NCBI GenBank assembly: GCA_976226885.1
Contig: OZ320319.1
Coordinates: forward strand, 43,834,001 to 43,898,000
DNA from: Iphione sp. A-MEVVRFRX5
Lineage: Eukaryota
Length of the DNA: 64,000 nucleotides
Direction: 5' to 3'
Part shown: piece after piece, positions 39,421 through 51,524 of the stretch
Layout of the letters: each line of letters begins with the position of its first letter
Numbering within the stretch: the stretch's first letter is position 1
Program-made: the position numbers and the translations under genes
Notes under the pieces: model-generated
The model's input: the letters and a program-made list of their open reading frames with translations, nothing else
Told to the model about the DNA's origin: nothing
Database searches by the model: none

Positions 39421-40504
39421 GATTTAAACAGCAAATGCTTCCATTCAGCCATCGTCTGAGTACAGGACATAGTTTATCTAAATTGTCCGAATGAAAAATG
39501 GGAATGTCGGATGCTCCAGCAGGCGTCGTCATGATGGAGTGGGTGCTATTTAGAATAAGACCAAATATCAAAAGTGATCCACAAAAAGTGGTTTCATGTG
39601 TGTATACTATCATAACCTAGCATAACTGTCCATAATCGTTTGTCATTGTATCATTGTAATGGTTTTCATGTGAAAGCATTGTCTTGTATAAACCTGAAGA
39701 GAAGTACTATAATGTATAAGAATTCAGGCTAAATAACGATATTAAACAAATTGGTATGTTACGGATTGGATGGTATGAAATTCCTAAGGAAGAAATCGTC
39801 AATGATTCTTTACAGTCCCTTTAAAGTCCCCTCCCTATCGCCGTCTTCAGACCAGCAATCTACCCATCTCTTCCATTATCGCCATCTCTCGTCCTCCCCT
39901 CCCAATGGCTTTTCCCTCTCCCCGCTATTTCACTGATAATTGCCCTCCTCAGTCGTCAGGTTGACCTCTGGTGAATGGTCAGGAGCCTACACCGGAAGCG
40001 GAAATTGCCGTTCAGTGGCATTAAGTGGCACACAACCCGACATTTCCGGCGCTTGCTTCACATTTCCGGAGTCCGTTTCTCATTTGTCGGCCTGCTTCAC
40101 ATTTTAGTAAGGCTTCACATTTTTGGTGAGGCATAACGACTGATAGGAGAGCTAAGTCGTGTCCGCGAATTGACGTGTGCACTAGTAGGGAAAGTGGGGA
40201 GAGACCCCGTCAAATACATGCACTCAGGTCAAGGTGTCCACCTACAGGTTGCAGTCCTTAGTCACCCAGCCTGCTGTACACACGATATACCTCAACAGAA
40301 GACTAAATAAAGCCGATGACATTTTCATTCTTCCCTTCTTCTGGCTTTGTCCTGTTCCCAGACTTCAGTGCAACATTCAACTCTTCCCCTTCCACACTGT
40401 AACCTGAATGTCCCTGCCCAATACAAAGGAACCTCGTTAACCAGAGGGCCTGTGGATATCGTTTTTTGTACGGATGACAGAAAAGCTGGAATGCGAATAT
40501 GCGA

Positions 40505-41130
40505 CTCATGCATCTCCTGGTGGAGAAAAATGGCAAACTTTATGGAGATCAAGGCAAATTCCATGGCGAAAGTGCTGAAAAATGGTTATTTCATGGAGAC
40601 TGAGGCAAATTTCAGGAAGAAAGTGCTAAAAAACGGCTATTTCATGGAGGCAAACTCCATGGAGAAAGTGCCGGAAAATGGCAAATTTCAAGGAGAAAGT
40701 GATCAAAAATCACAAATTGCAGGGAGAAAGTGTGGATAAACCCTTGTTAGTCTCTCTTTGTTCTCTTACTATAGAAGGGTCTGGCCAGCATGTAGTTCTT
40801 ATTTCGCACATCTGTATTCTACTTTGAATCTATGTTAGTCGCTCTGCGCTGTGTTTTCTCCTCCTTTAAGAGGGTCTGGCCTGCTTGTCGCTCTTATGCA
40901 ATTGTTTCGGACGTCTCTGATGCTTCCTTTGTTCTCCTACTCCAGTTAAGTGTGTCTATTTCTATAGTAAATGATCTAAGAATGTTGTTAAATACACTCC
41001 GGGTATGGTAAGCAAAAATCCGTTTAAATAGTACATTTTATACAGAGAAACACTTGGTTATTTAAAATCGATATGGTTAGTGAAAAATTCCAGATGTTGC
41101 AGCTCCGTTAGGTGAGGTTCATCTGTACCT
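40505..41130. repeat. Dispersed repeat family X, copy 2
   Basis: Collinear with 6015-6570. Confidence 0.75.
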
Positions 41131-43929
41131 GCATCCCTCTACTCTGCTTCACCTTTCACCTGCCACTTTTTTACATCCTATCCTCCTGTAGACTACCTTC
41201 TTCCATGGGCGTCAACCCATTGTACTAATGTTGCCTCTACATTCCTGCTTTACCACCTTTACCCTCCGCACTTTCCCTATTTGATATACATGTACATGCA
41301 CACACCACTGTATATCAACTGCATGTATTGTTTTGCTTTATACAATACTGATCATCTGATGTTGTCCACCTAACTGTGTAAGGAGTCTTATGGAAAGTAA
41401 TGGACATCAAAGACAGTTATGTATGTACCTGTTCAGTTTAATAAATGTCTTTTTTTTAAAGCGTGTCTGTGTATACTTGTTCGAAGTACAAAGCTGCATC
41501 TAGCAGCAGCAACCAACCAAGCACACCCCTCCTCCCTTTTATCCTAAAGCATATCGCCTCCAGCGGCCTGCTCCTGCTTTTCCACAACAGAAAAGTTGCC
41601 TCTGGCAGGTTCCCCCAACCCATGCACCCTGTCCTACCCGGCCCCCTCTCTGTGTGGGCTTTTTTGTTCCTTCACCACAGACAAAGCGGCTTCTAGCGGT
41701 TCCTGAACACACCACACCCACAGCGTCACCACGTGCAAGCGGTAGGAACTAAAACCCCTCTCTCGCACCGGAAGGCGCCAAGTCACGTCCGTGTGGGACG
41801 CCCGGCCGACGCCGGACAGACGCACGACAGAAACCCGCTGTGAGGACGTGCAGCGTTCTGTGAGCGAAGAGTGCCAGTTGGTGTAAGGAGGAAGAAGGGA
41901 GGGGAAGGGGACAGGCGGTTGATAATGGGAAATGAACAGAAAACACGTTATTTCATAATACAAGGAGGACTTGAGAGTAAAGGACCGTGAAGACTATATA
42001 ATATATTAAATGCGGTTCTAACAGGGAGAAGATATTTAATATTTTAGCTCGGGGAGACGTACACTAGTTGGGAGTAGTTAAGCACGTGTACAATAAAAAG
42101 ATGTATAATTATTGTAACAATAGTAAGAAACGCACTCATATGAAGTCAAAGTAATTATGTACACAAAATTACATCCGCAAATTACGAAACAAGGGTCGAC
42201 ACCGAAACCATGGTCACTCTCACTCTAGTGACGAAATTAAAATTTCGAGCACGGGGATGTTTATCCTTATAGTGAGTTATGTGCGTGCATTCAGAACAAA
42301 TAAACTCTGACAAAGAAATCGTCAGGTAAGAATAACCACGGGCGTTGAAGTTCTAGGCATAAATGACGAACGGCATTGGAATTAAAAAAAAACTTTAGAT
42401 AACGACTGCACTTAACTTTGGAGGCCAATTATGTTTGGCATAGAATCAAAACAGCTAGCTGTCGGTGCTTCGCTTACATGGGGGCGAAGGGGCGGGGGCG
42501 GCTATAGTTGAACGTTCAATGTCCTGGACTTCCGGCCGCCGCCAGAAACATGCGTTAACTGATCGATCACATGTCGATCTCCTTATCTGCTTCGGCAGAC
42601 TGTCTCAGGCCCCGCACTGAGGACCCTGGGGAGTTATATATATATGGGGGGGGGAATACGGCTTGGGGGAGGTGAATGGTATGTGGATGTAGAGGGCAAA
42701 AGTGAGGAGGAGGGGTCCAGATACTCAGCAGATGCAGGTAGTAGACGTAGCTTGAGTGATATCGAAATGGGGGCAGGAGATGTGGAGGACAGGTAGGTTC
42801 GGGGTGGAGTGGAAAGCTGGAGGCACGTCAATGTAGATGGTAGATTGTGGTATGGTGTTGGGGGTACAGGCCTGTATACGTGCTTGTTGTAATGAGTGCC
42901 TTAGGGGATGGAGACAAAGGGAGATGATATTGGCAAATACAGCATATGGATAGGAGATAGAAGTGGTGATGGGTATTGGTTACGATATGCATATTTAAAG
43001 CCAGTAAAAGGCCGTCAGAGATTCATTGGGACCCATGAATTCTTTTCCCAACATCGACGGCACATTGAACAGACTGGTGTCAAGATCTATTGCAGACGCG
43101 GAAACAAATATGCCTCTCCCTACCATCTTTAACCGCCGCTATCACCTATCGTGCCTGAGGTGAGTTCGTGTCACCCTGTGGTGTAGCAGCACGCTGGTCG
43201 GTTCGTCATCAGTATGATGGAGTATAGTTTCTGCTCAACACTAGCTCCTTCCTCCCGTCCTGTGTGGAGTTAGTTCGGGTGGGTGGGGTGGGAGCATATA
43301 CTGGCATCTGCAGTTTTATGCACGCACCTAGCGCCTCTTTTATCTCGCTACATGTTTTAGGTCTCCTGTATTTCCAATCGCCTGTCACACACGGCCTCTT
43401 AATTTAAGCAACGCTCCTTTATTAGGAAGACTGCCATTGTTACGTGCAAGGCATGATGGGAGAGATGCAGAAATCTACTTAGTGAATTTCTATAGCCTGC
43501 CACACCCGTCGTGCACATATCCGCCTCTTTAATCAGAATATACACAAATAGATATATAATTACATTGAGCATTTCACCGCCTTGAAGGGCCAGAGCTTTG
43601 TTCTTAGACAGTAGGAGGTCGGTACGTCCTTGGTGGTAGCCGAATGGAAGGCCACCGCCCCTGATATCGATGCCATTGCTTAACGTACAAATCAGTGTAA
43701 ACAGAAGGGCGTGTCTGTGTGGTGTTTTGGGTCAAAATGTAGTAAGTTGTGTATATTATGTTTCACATGTCACATTTGCACAAATTTTAACTTTTCTCAC
43801 TTCATCACACCGTTCCTTTCCTTATTCCAGAGACACTAGAACTTCTACGGACCCCCCTCCTTTGTGTTAGATAGATGAGTGCAGCGTCCTAGTTTTCTAA
43901 CCTTGCCCTCCTCTCTGTGTGTTCCAGAC

Positions 43930-44328
43930 ATGAGGACCCAGCTCCTTTACACGGCCCTCTCCGTTCTCGCTGTGGCCGCCTACTGGGCCGCCGCTGCCGC
44001 CGCTGCCTCCCCGCCGGTCGTCGACGACGACTCGCCGCCGTCCAAGGACGACGCGCTTTTGGTGCGGCGCCTGCTGCGGCCAGTGTCGGAGCTAGCTGCA
44101 CAGGCCAACCACCTTGAGGCGCTTCTTGCTGATGTTTTGGCTGCCGCAAGGGGCGCAGGTGGCGCGCGAGGCAAGCGGCAGGGCGCAGGCTGGGACATGG
44201 ACTATGGCTGGGGCGGCGGTCGCTTCGGCAAGAGGGCTGAGGTAAAGAAGAGATACGACATGTACGGTATGGGCGGCAGGTTTGGGCGCGACGTTGACCA
44301 CGTTGACCCTGAGGAGGGCGGACACTGA
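43930..44328 (+). CDS. SK: Cholecystokinin/sulfakinin-type neuropeptide precursor (132 aa, single coding exon)
   Basis: Acceptor with CTAAC branch point and pyrimidine tract (..TTCCAG|acATG). Hydrophobic signal peptide, then GKR-QGAGWDMDYGWGGGRF-GKR, KKR-YDMYGMGGRF-GR, and the tail DVDHVD. This matches lophotrochozoan CCK/SK peptides of the type pQGAWxxDYGxGGGRFamide. Confidence 0.95.
   Translation: MRTQLLYTALSVLAVAAYWAAAAAAASPPVVDDDSPPSKDDALLVRRLLRPVSELAAQANHLEALLADVLAAARGAGGARGKRQGAGWDMDYGWGGGRFGKRAEVKKRYDMYGMGGRFGRDVDHVDPEEGGH
44179..44229 (+). other. Mature peptide 1: pQGAGWDMDY(SO3?)GWGGGRF-amide (plus Gly amide donor)
   Basis: Flanked by KR and GKR. N-terminal Gln allows pyroglutamate formation, and D-Y in an acidic context is a predicted sulfation site. 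Confidence 0.9.
44254..44286 (+). other. Mature peptide 2: YDMYGMGGRF-amide (plus Gly amide donor)
   Basis: Preceded by KKR and followed by G-R. Confidence 0.85.
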
Positions 44329-44337
44329 GCCCCGACG

Positions 44338-44386
44338 GCACTAGGGGGCGCACCGGACAGTCATGAGGTCGCAACCCCCCTGGTGG
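44338..44386. promoter_or_regulatory. Two CTCF-like motifs in opposite orientation just after the stop codon
   Basis: GCACTAGGGGGCGC (+, 44338-44351) and CCACCAGGGGGG (-, 44386-44375), compared with the CCACYAGRGGGCGC consensus. Confidence 0.4.
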
Positions 44387-44449
44387 GTGACGCGGGAACT
44401 AAGCTAGAGAGATGGTGCTGGACGTTTTTCTTCACCACCACCAGAAGGC

Positions 44450-44950
44450 ATGTTGGTGTCCCGTGTCACGTGGTCGAAGGGCAGGAGCCCAGTGTATACC
44501 GAGTGTAAATAAAGGTGGTCCTGTACCAGGGTCGTTCTGACAAGATTACAGACTATTTTGTCTTTTAGTAGAGTAACACAACTGAAGATACTCAAGCAAG
44601 AGGGTCTCTTTTGGGATTACTGAAGACACGTGGGAACAGTCGAATATTCGGTTGAGAAGAGGGAGCTTAACGGGACTGATGGTGATCGAAAGGAAGATGT
44701 GGAGATGAACTAGAAGTAGCCTTTAAGAGAGTCTAAATAAGTGGTGGCCGTAAAGTGTGATTGAGATTAGGTAGATGAGAGTGAGTGAGGTCAGCGCATT
44801 CGTGAGACAGCTGAGGTTCACACGTAGGTAGAGAATTGTTAGGTTAGCAGGTGATGTTGGTGTAGCCGGTGTGGAAATCATGTACTTAGGAGGTGTGGAA
44901 GTGAGGAACTTATCAGCTGGACTTTTGTGTGTTTAAGAGGGAGTGGACCA
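44450..44950 (-). mobile_element. Decayed LINE RT N-terminal fragment, antisense to and just downstream of the CCK/SK CDS
   Basis: Degenerate pre-RT pattern (SLKGYF..SSF..SVPL..KRPLLLEYLQL) on a C/A-rich minus strand. Confidence 0.4.
44508..44513 (+). terminator. Candidate polyadenylation signal of the CCK/SK mRNA
   Basis: First AATAAA after the stop codon (180 nt downstream), followed by GT-containing sequence. Confidence 0.4.
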
Positions 44951-45167
44951 AGAGGTGAGGGTAATATGAAAATGATATGTGAGGCAAGTTATCATGTGGA
45001 GGCGAGGTGACTAACACGACAGGGAGGAAGGGTTTTAGACTGGTACATGTATTACTAACACGAACAGCGCCCAGTCATGGTGGTGGCCGGGAGGGGGAGG
45101 GGGCAACAGCGGTAGGAAGGATGATTTATTGGTCGAACCTGGAGGACCTGAGTTGTAACGAGCGGCT

Positions 45168-45181
45168 CCACTAGAGGGCGT
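45168..45181 (+). promoter_or_regulatory. CTCF-like motif
   Basis: CCACTAGAGGGCGT, with a weaker CCCTGGAGGGCAAC at 45200-45213. Confidence 0.45.
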
Positions 45182-45588
45182 CATAATGTAATGAGAGCTC
45201 CCTGGAGGGCAACACACACACTAACTGGTCTGCTAACGAGCGGCCAGCGCGAGGCTGTGAGTACTCAGCGGTGTACTCTGTGTGTACCGACAGCTGTACT
45301 AAGGATGGTCGGTCACCAAGCTTCTTGCTAGGCCAAGCACACACGCACACAGAGATATACACACATGCACACACAACATAAAGACATGACATTGTAATAT
45401 AAAAAGGCACTCTACAAGGTGAAGACTGCAAGGAAGGACTGGGCATTAATGCCAGCACAGCAAATTTAGGTATTGGGGGCATATAGTTGCCCGAAAAGCC
45501 GTTTTCAAAAAATTAGGGTCAAATATTTACTCTCAATATGCAGTGCCAATCATTATCAAAAGACCTTTGAATTCAGGGCGAATCATTA

Positions 45589-46042
45589 CAGTCAAACCTC
45601 TATTTGCGAGCATTTCTAGCACAAAAACTTGGTGTTTGCCCGCTTTGTTGGTGACCCTGGAGCGTTCAGCCCAGTTCCCCCCTGTTGTTTGAGCATTTCT
45701 AGTGCTAAAAGTCGCCGCTCGTCCACTTTGTTGGTGACCCTGGAGCCTCCAGCTCAGATCCCACCTGTTGTTTGAGCGTTTCTAGCAAGAAAAGTTGTCA
45801 GTCAAGTGACCCTAACAAAGAGCACTTTTAGAACTTTTTTTGACCTACTCCACAATATTCAGTACTTTAAGAGCTTTTCCCCATAATATTCAGTACTTTT
45901 AGAGAGACAGAGACAGACAAAGGCAGTGTGATCACTTAGATGCAGTGGTTTGAAACCCTAACCAATGGCTTAGGCGACCATTCGCATTAGGCGACCACTT
46001 TTGTTCAGTCCCTCTGGTGGTCACTTCAGGCAGAGGCGACTG
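45589..46042. mobile_element. Tc1/pogo-like MITE or a chimera of two
   Basis: TA|CAGTCAAACCTCT ... AGAGGCGACTG|TA, but the two termini match poorly. An internal duplication CTTTGTTGGTGACCCTGGAGC is present. Confidence 0.45.
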
Positions 46043-48164
46043 TATTTAAACCTTGGAAGTCAGCGCCAAACGCTATTTCACCTCCTCCCATTCTTGGTTA
46101 ATTATCATTTAGAGGTTCCTGATCCCACTGTACATACAAGATGGACACCTTCGGGAAGGGCCAGGCACCGATACACATAACGAAACGAAACATAACGAGA
46201 TATGGGAACACCAACATCAATTATATACATGTGCCCACATTTTACTATAGATAACAAAGAGCATTGAGACCAGCGCGGCAATTTTAAACAACATAAAGAT
46301 ACTACGCAAAATGTCAACGTCGGCAGGTAGTAACAGACGCTGACATCTCCATATCAGCAGTGTACAGATGTGAAGATGGAGGCATCTCTACCAATGCAGT
46401 AGCCTCGGTCCCCACTGACCCGATCGTGACATGAGGTCAACCCCTAAACTATCTCCATTTTACTACCCTAGTTTACCGTACATGACCTTTAGCTGACCGG
46501 AACCTAACCTATTCAAACAATGGCCTTTGTATGTTTACATTCCCCTGCATAAATTGGCTCTGGGGGACAAGTGCCACATGGTAAACCACTAGCCAGGCCC
46601 TGCCTGCCTATGGACCTCACAGCTACTTATATTTGTCAATTCATAAAATTTATACCTGGAAAGTTTGATGTAAAAACTAAGACAATTTTAACTCAATGTT
46701 TGTAAAGAAAGATCCCAAGTAAAATACATTTACAATGGTATCCGGTCCTTAATTTGATTTCAGTGAAGCAAGTTAAAGATGCCTGCATGTTTATTGAAGT
46801 GCTAAGAACATCAGAAATACTCTACTTTTATACTCTACCTTTATCTCCACATTATGATTTTGTCCAGAGTATATCTATGTCCCGAGAGAATGACAACAGA
46901 GGATGGAAAGGATGAGAGGGGGAAAAGCACGGAGACGAGGGAAACACATAGTGAACTGCACCTACGGTTACGACGTCTGAACGGATATGTAAATACATCT
47001 AGTCCCCACAACTCGGAGCACATTTTGTTTATCGCATAGCTCGGGAACTCTTGCAGCAAATGAGTCCTATCACCTAGTGTCTAATATCAGCGCATAATAC
47101 AGATTTCGTCAGATTTCAGCTTTTTTCATTGTGTGATGATATGAACCTAATATGCTTATGTACGGTATTGCCTCGACTTTGAGCCAAAGTATAGTTTTTT
47201 TACATGTAAACTTCTTCCTTTACGGTATTAATGATTTAACCTTTAGTAATTTGTCGTATGGCCTCTGGGTAAGGCCCATTTTAATACAACATTGATAGTA
47301 AGTTAAGGCCCCGAGATCACTTCAATAACCATTTAATATTGTACATTATTACAATCAGTTTTTGCTTCAATATGACAGAAGCACCCTTACCGAGGAATGG
47401 CGCAGGCCTTCGCCGCCGAGGCTCCAAGTCTCCTTCATATTTGGCGGAAGTTTTTCGTAGAATTTCTGGCATTTCCCAATCTCCTGGTCTTTGATTTTTG
47501 GATGGAATTCCTGATTTGTAAACATCCATGTTGGAAAATCTCCCGTTGATTTGATGATTTCACCTTGGAGGGTCTTAGAGACTAAGGTTTTATTGATATC
47601 CCTGAGAAGTCTAGAAAGTCCAAGGACAACAATTTGAGTCAAAAGTGCTCCTTGATTCTGTACGATGCAATCTTCTCAAAATTGAAGAAATTGGACATTG
47701 GAGACCACAGTCTGATCACTAAATATATATTTACGCTGTCCAAACTCAAGGGGTAGGCCACAATCTGCAGCTATTTCTAAGCTTAGTCATGGTGGGACAT
47801 TGTTATAAACCTAAACAGTAGAGTTACACATGCCACACTGTATACGGCATTTTTACAGGCTTATTAATATATAAAGACCTGTTCTCAGCGTGTTAATAAA
47901 ACGCAAATGAAACCAAACTCTCATTGGAGAGCAGTGCATTCGGACGTACAGTGTTAATATGCCTATATAAGAAAAAGAAAAGATATCTTCGGAATGTTAA
48001 ATACTCTGTGTACAGTGAAGCAGAAGTGACATATCTTTAAAAAAAAGAACTCTGTAGTACGGAGTATGCACTTGGAATGTCTATACATCAAACCTCGTTA
48101 TCCAGAGTACCTCCATTATTTGAAATGTTGTACAGATGCTGAAATATCTGGTTGTCAAAATTGG

Positions 48165-48545
48165 TACTCATGCATCTCCTGGCAGGGAGAATTCGCATAA
48201 TAATAAATTTACATTCTTTTCATGTCAAGAATAAAGTAATTAATGTTGTTTTCTCCTGTGTTAGTCACTCTCATTGTGTTATCGTGTTGTCCCTTCCTTG
48301 TAGGAGGTCGCAGCCTGTCGCAGCCCATATATTGTACTTGTGTATGTTACTTTTAACCATCGTTAGTCGCTCTGTGCTGTGTTCTCTTTTCCTTTAGGAG
48401 GTTCTGGCCCGTATTTTGCTCTTATGTAATCATTTCTTTATGCTGTCTATACATGCTCTAATGCCTAACATTTCCTATGTTCTCCCTCGTCTGGTTAATT
48501 GTGTCTATTTTCTGTATAAATTAATTAAAAATGGCTTGAAATCAA
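48165..48545. repeat. Dispersed repeat family X, copy 3
   Basis: ACTCATGCATCTCCTGG and GTTAGTCGCTCTGTGCTGTGTT are shared with 40505-41130. Confidence 0.7.
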
Positions 48546-51524
48546 CTTTAGTAACAGATATTGATTTCTGGATATGTAGTACAATTTATAGTGTAAAATA
48601 ATTGGAAATTTCAAATGAGAATATCGGGTTATTGTGACTCTGGTAGACAAGGTTCAACTGTACCTCAAAGTGCCTCCAGTTTAGCACGTCTAACTCTGAA
48701 GGATGATGGTATACATGTATATCAAGTGCACCTGTGGTGGAAATACGTAGTCGGACAGGAAAGTGAGCGGTCCGGACTCTCTGCTATGGAAAATAATCTC
48801 ACTGAAGATCTCAAACGGAAGAAAGAAAACACGTTTGCACCTGTGGATGGACGAAAGACGGCTGCCATGGTGAATGCGACGTTTACGTTTATAAAAATAG
48901 GTCCATGTGTATTTATTTTCACTGGTTTAAACATACCGGAAGAGGGCCGGTATACTATGTCCTAACTAGCTTATGCAGAACCTTATTTTGTCATCGAAAG
49001 ACAAACATTCTGAAATCATGTCTGTCGGTCAAATAATCTAAAGTTTTTAAGCTCCATCAAACCAGTTAAAACTTGCAGGGACGAATGACCTCACGCACTA
49101 CAAAACCATAACACATTCGCATGGTAGGCCATTGACATTAAAGGCAGTTAAACTTATTGCAGGACTCTGACGTTAATAATTTATATGACACATTATAATG
49201 GAAAACCCCAGAGCTATTTTCACTTTGCTGAGAATTTTTTACGACTCTGCTGTGCTGTATTAACATGCAGTATGGTAACCTCACACCAAAATCAGACTCT
49301 CTCTCACACAGCTTTACCACGGGCGGATGTGAAGTCATTCATTTCTGACCGCCTGCTGAGCACGCGCCTTTTCCTGCCTAAAGTTGTCTGCATTCCTTTC
49401 CAAATTCACCGAATCATTAACTTTTGAGTGCCAAAAACTAGTTTAATTGCGATAATTAGGTGAGCGGTAGGTGTCAGTTTCATTATGAGAGAAATACCGC
49501 CTCGCCACTGGCCTCTTTTTCTTTGCATTCCAAAGGGCAGAATGGAGCTTTTCATGCGGAAGGAAACTCCAAATAACAGTGAGGCATTTGTGATGTTTTT
49601 TCTTCCATTCTTGCTTGCAGGCTGACCTGTAGCCTAGATCGGCGTGCGCCGACACCAGCAGAATCTTTTTGCAATTGTCCTCCAAATGTTCTGAAATGCT
49701 TTAAGTAAGCAGCTTAAGAAAAATTAACGTTCCTAAAGGGCACAATCATCGTCAGTTAAACGGATATTATTGGGGGCCCTGGAAAGAGGGGATGGGATGG
49801 GACAGATAGAGTAAAGGGATAAAACAGAAAAACGAACAGACATGTAATGTAACAGCATCTTAATGTAGCAACAAGAGACTAGGAAAGAGGGCTACAACAG
49901 AAAGGGGTAATAAAGGGATAAGGAGAAAAGAAAGAGGAAAAGGTGGGGGAATAATAGAGAAGAGACATGAAGGGAAAAGATAGATGGCCGAAGAAATGGG
50001 GTAAATAGAAGTTCTGTTACAAGTAACGGCTATCATGCAAAAGGTCACTATAGATGATATAGCACGTTTATCTAACTGAAGTCACAGCAGGAAAATGCTA
50101 CGAGACAGGTCGTCTGAGATGTAAATGATGAACCAGCCAAATTTACTTCGCTCAAACATCAGAACGGAGTATTCAGACTTGTCAAGGGGAATCATAGTAT
50201 CCGTGGCAAGTTCCGCGTGCCCACCTCGCAACCTGCATGATCTGCATACGTTAAACGTAGAGGCGCTATGATCAGGAGATGTCGTGTCGACCGTCGCTAC
50301 ACAGGCGTGTTCTGCAAACTAAAATTCCACTAGTGAGACGTTAGCTTAGGACTAGCCATTTCGGTTTCTCCTAAGGGCTGGTCTCCTAAACGTTTGGAAG
50401 AACCACACCATGGTCAGTTATGTATAGTTATGCATTATCATAGATATGTATATTCACTGATTGTTTTTTTTTTGCTGTCGTAGTTTATGTTTACGTATGT
50501 TATTATGTGTAACATTAATTAATGGAAAGATTAATGATTAAAGGAAAGCAGGGGAAGAAATTCAAACTTTCAAGTAATTTGTGGCATGAAGAAACCAAGC
50601 AATCACATTAGCCAATTATTGTTAGTACACACCATTCATACTTTAGCTCTTTGATAAATGAGTCCCCGAGACTAACACAGGTAATCATGTTGCAAGAAGA
50701 ACAGATTTATGATCATGTAGATCACCATATATGTACACAAAAAGAAGTTGTATTTAATGGTGTCCCCTGGCCTTGCCACAACTTGTGTAGTATGTATGTT
50801 CATTAAATTACCACATATGGTCCTATGTGTTCTACTCTTCGTCTATCATAAATTGTGGTGTTGAAACAGATACTCAGACTATCAACATGACATTTCACAC
50901 TTTGGGCAAAAAATAATAGTAAATTGTTTCATAAAACGTTAAAATTTAACAGTATTCATCTCAAAAGATAACCAAGCACTCCAACATATTTGTTACCCAT
51001 CTAAGTTACGGGGGATCAACTATTCTGGTGAAGCATTATTGGGTATGTGAATTCAGCGCGAATCATTATCGGCCTTCTGAATTGTATCCAAGCAAAAAAT
51101 GTTGGTGAAGCGTTATTTGGTAACTTTAAGTGCTAGGAGTGCTCTGAATTCCTGGCGAATCATTATTGGGTATACCCTGACCCCCCCTGTTAAATGTAGA
51201 GGAGGGGGATTTCCCACTTCTATACGTTTCTATGCCATTTCAAAAGGTTTCTCCGAGTTGATAAATAGTGAATACATTTTACTTTTGTTCCTCACTACCT
51301 ATGTAATATCCCCCAATGTCTAAAGTACTTACGTGTACTTAGCTCAACTGTTACGTTTTGCTATTTGTTCAACTATCTTATATAAAACGGCAAGGCCTAC
51401 AAAATGAACGCAAGAGCATGGGGGCCGCTATTTTAACTTTGCATTCTGGGAGATAATGTTTTTCTTTTAATTTCAGTTTTAGTGATGATATAAAGTTCAT
51501 GTAAAAGGTGATGGGTGTACTTCG

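Noticed and set aside
43096-43165. Extra SK 5' exon ending at GAG|GTGAGT (43160)
   Set aside because: The donor is strong but the acceptor is weak, no promoter elements are evident, and the area looks like antisense LINE debris. It is kept only as an alternative to test.
43879-43929. N-terminal extension of the SK ORF from the GTG at 43879
   Set aside because: This stretch is the branch point and pyrimidine tract of the intron. The ATG at 43930 directly starts a signal peptide.
44239-44247. Internal splice donor (GAG|GTAAAG) between the two SK peptides
   Set aside because: The reading frame continues straight into a well-formed second peptide and the conserved DVDHVD tail, so no intron is needed.
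43889-44374. Overlapping ORFs on the other frames and strand of the SK exon
   Set aside because: These are shadow ORFs caused by high GC content, with low-complexity R/P/A products.
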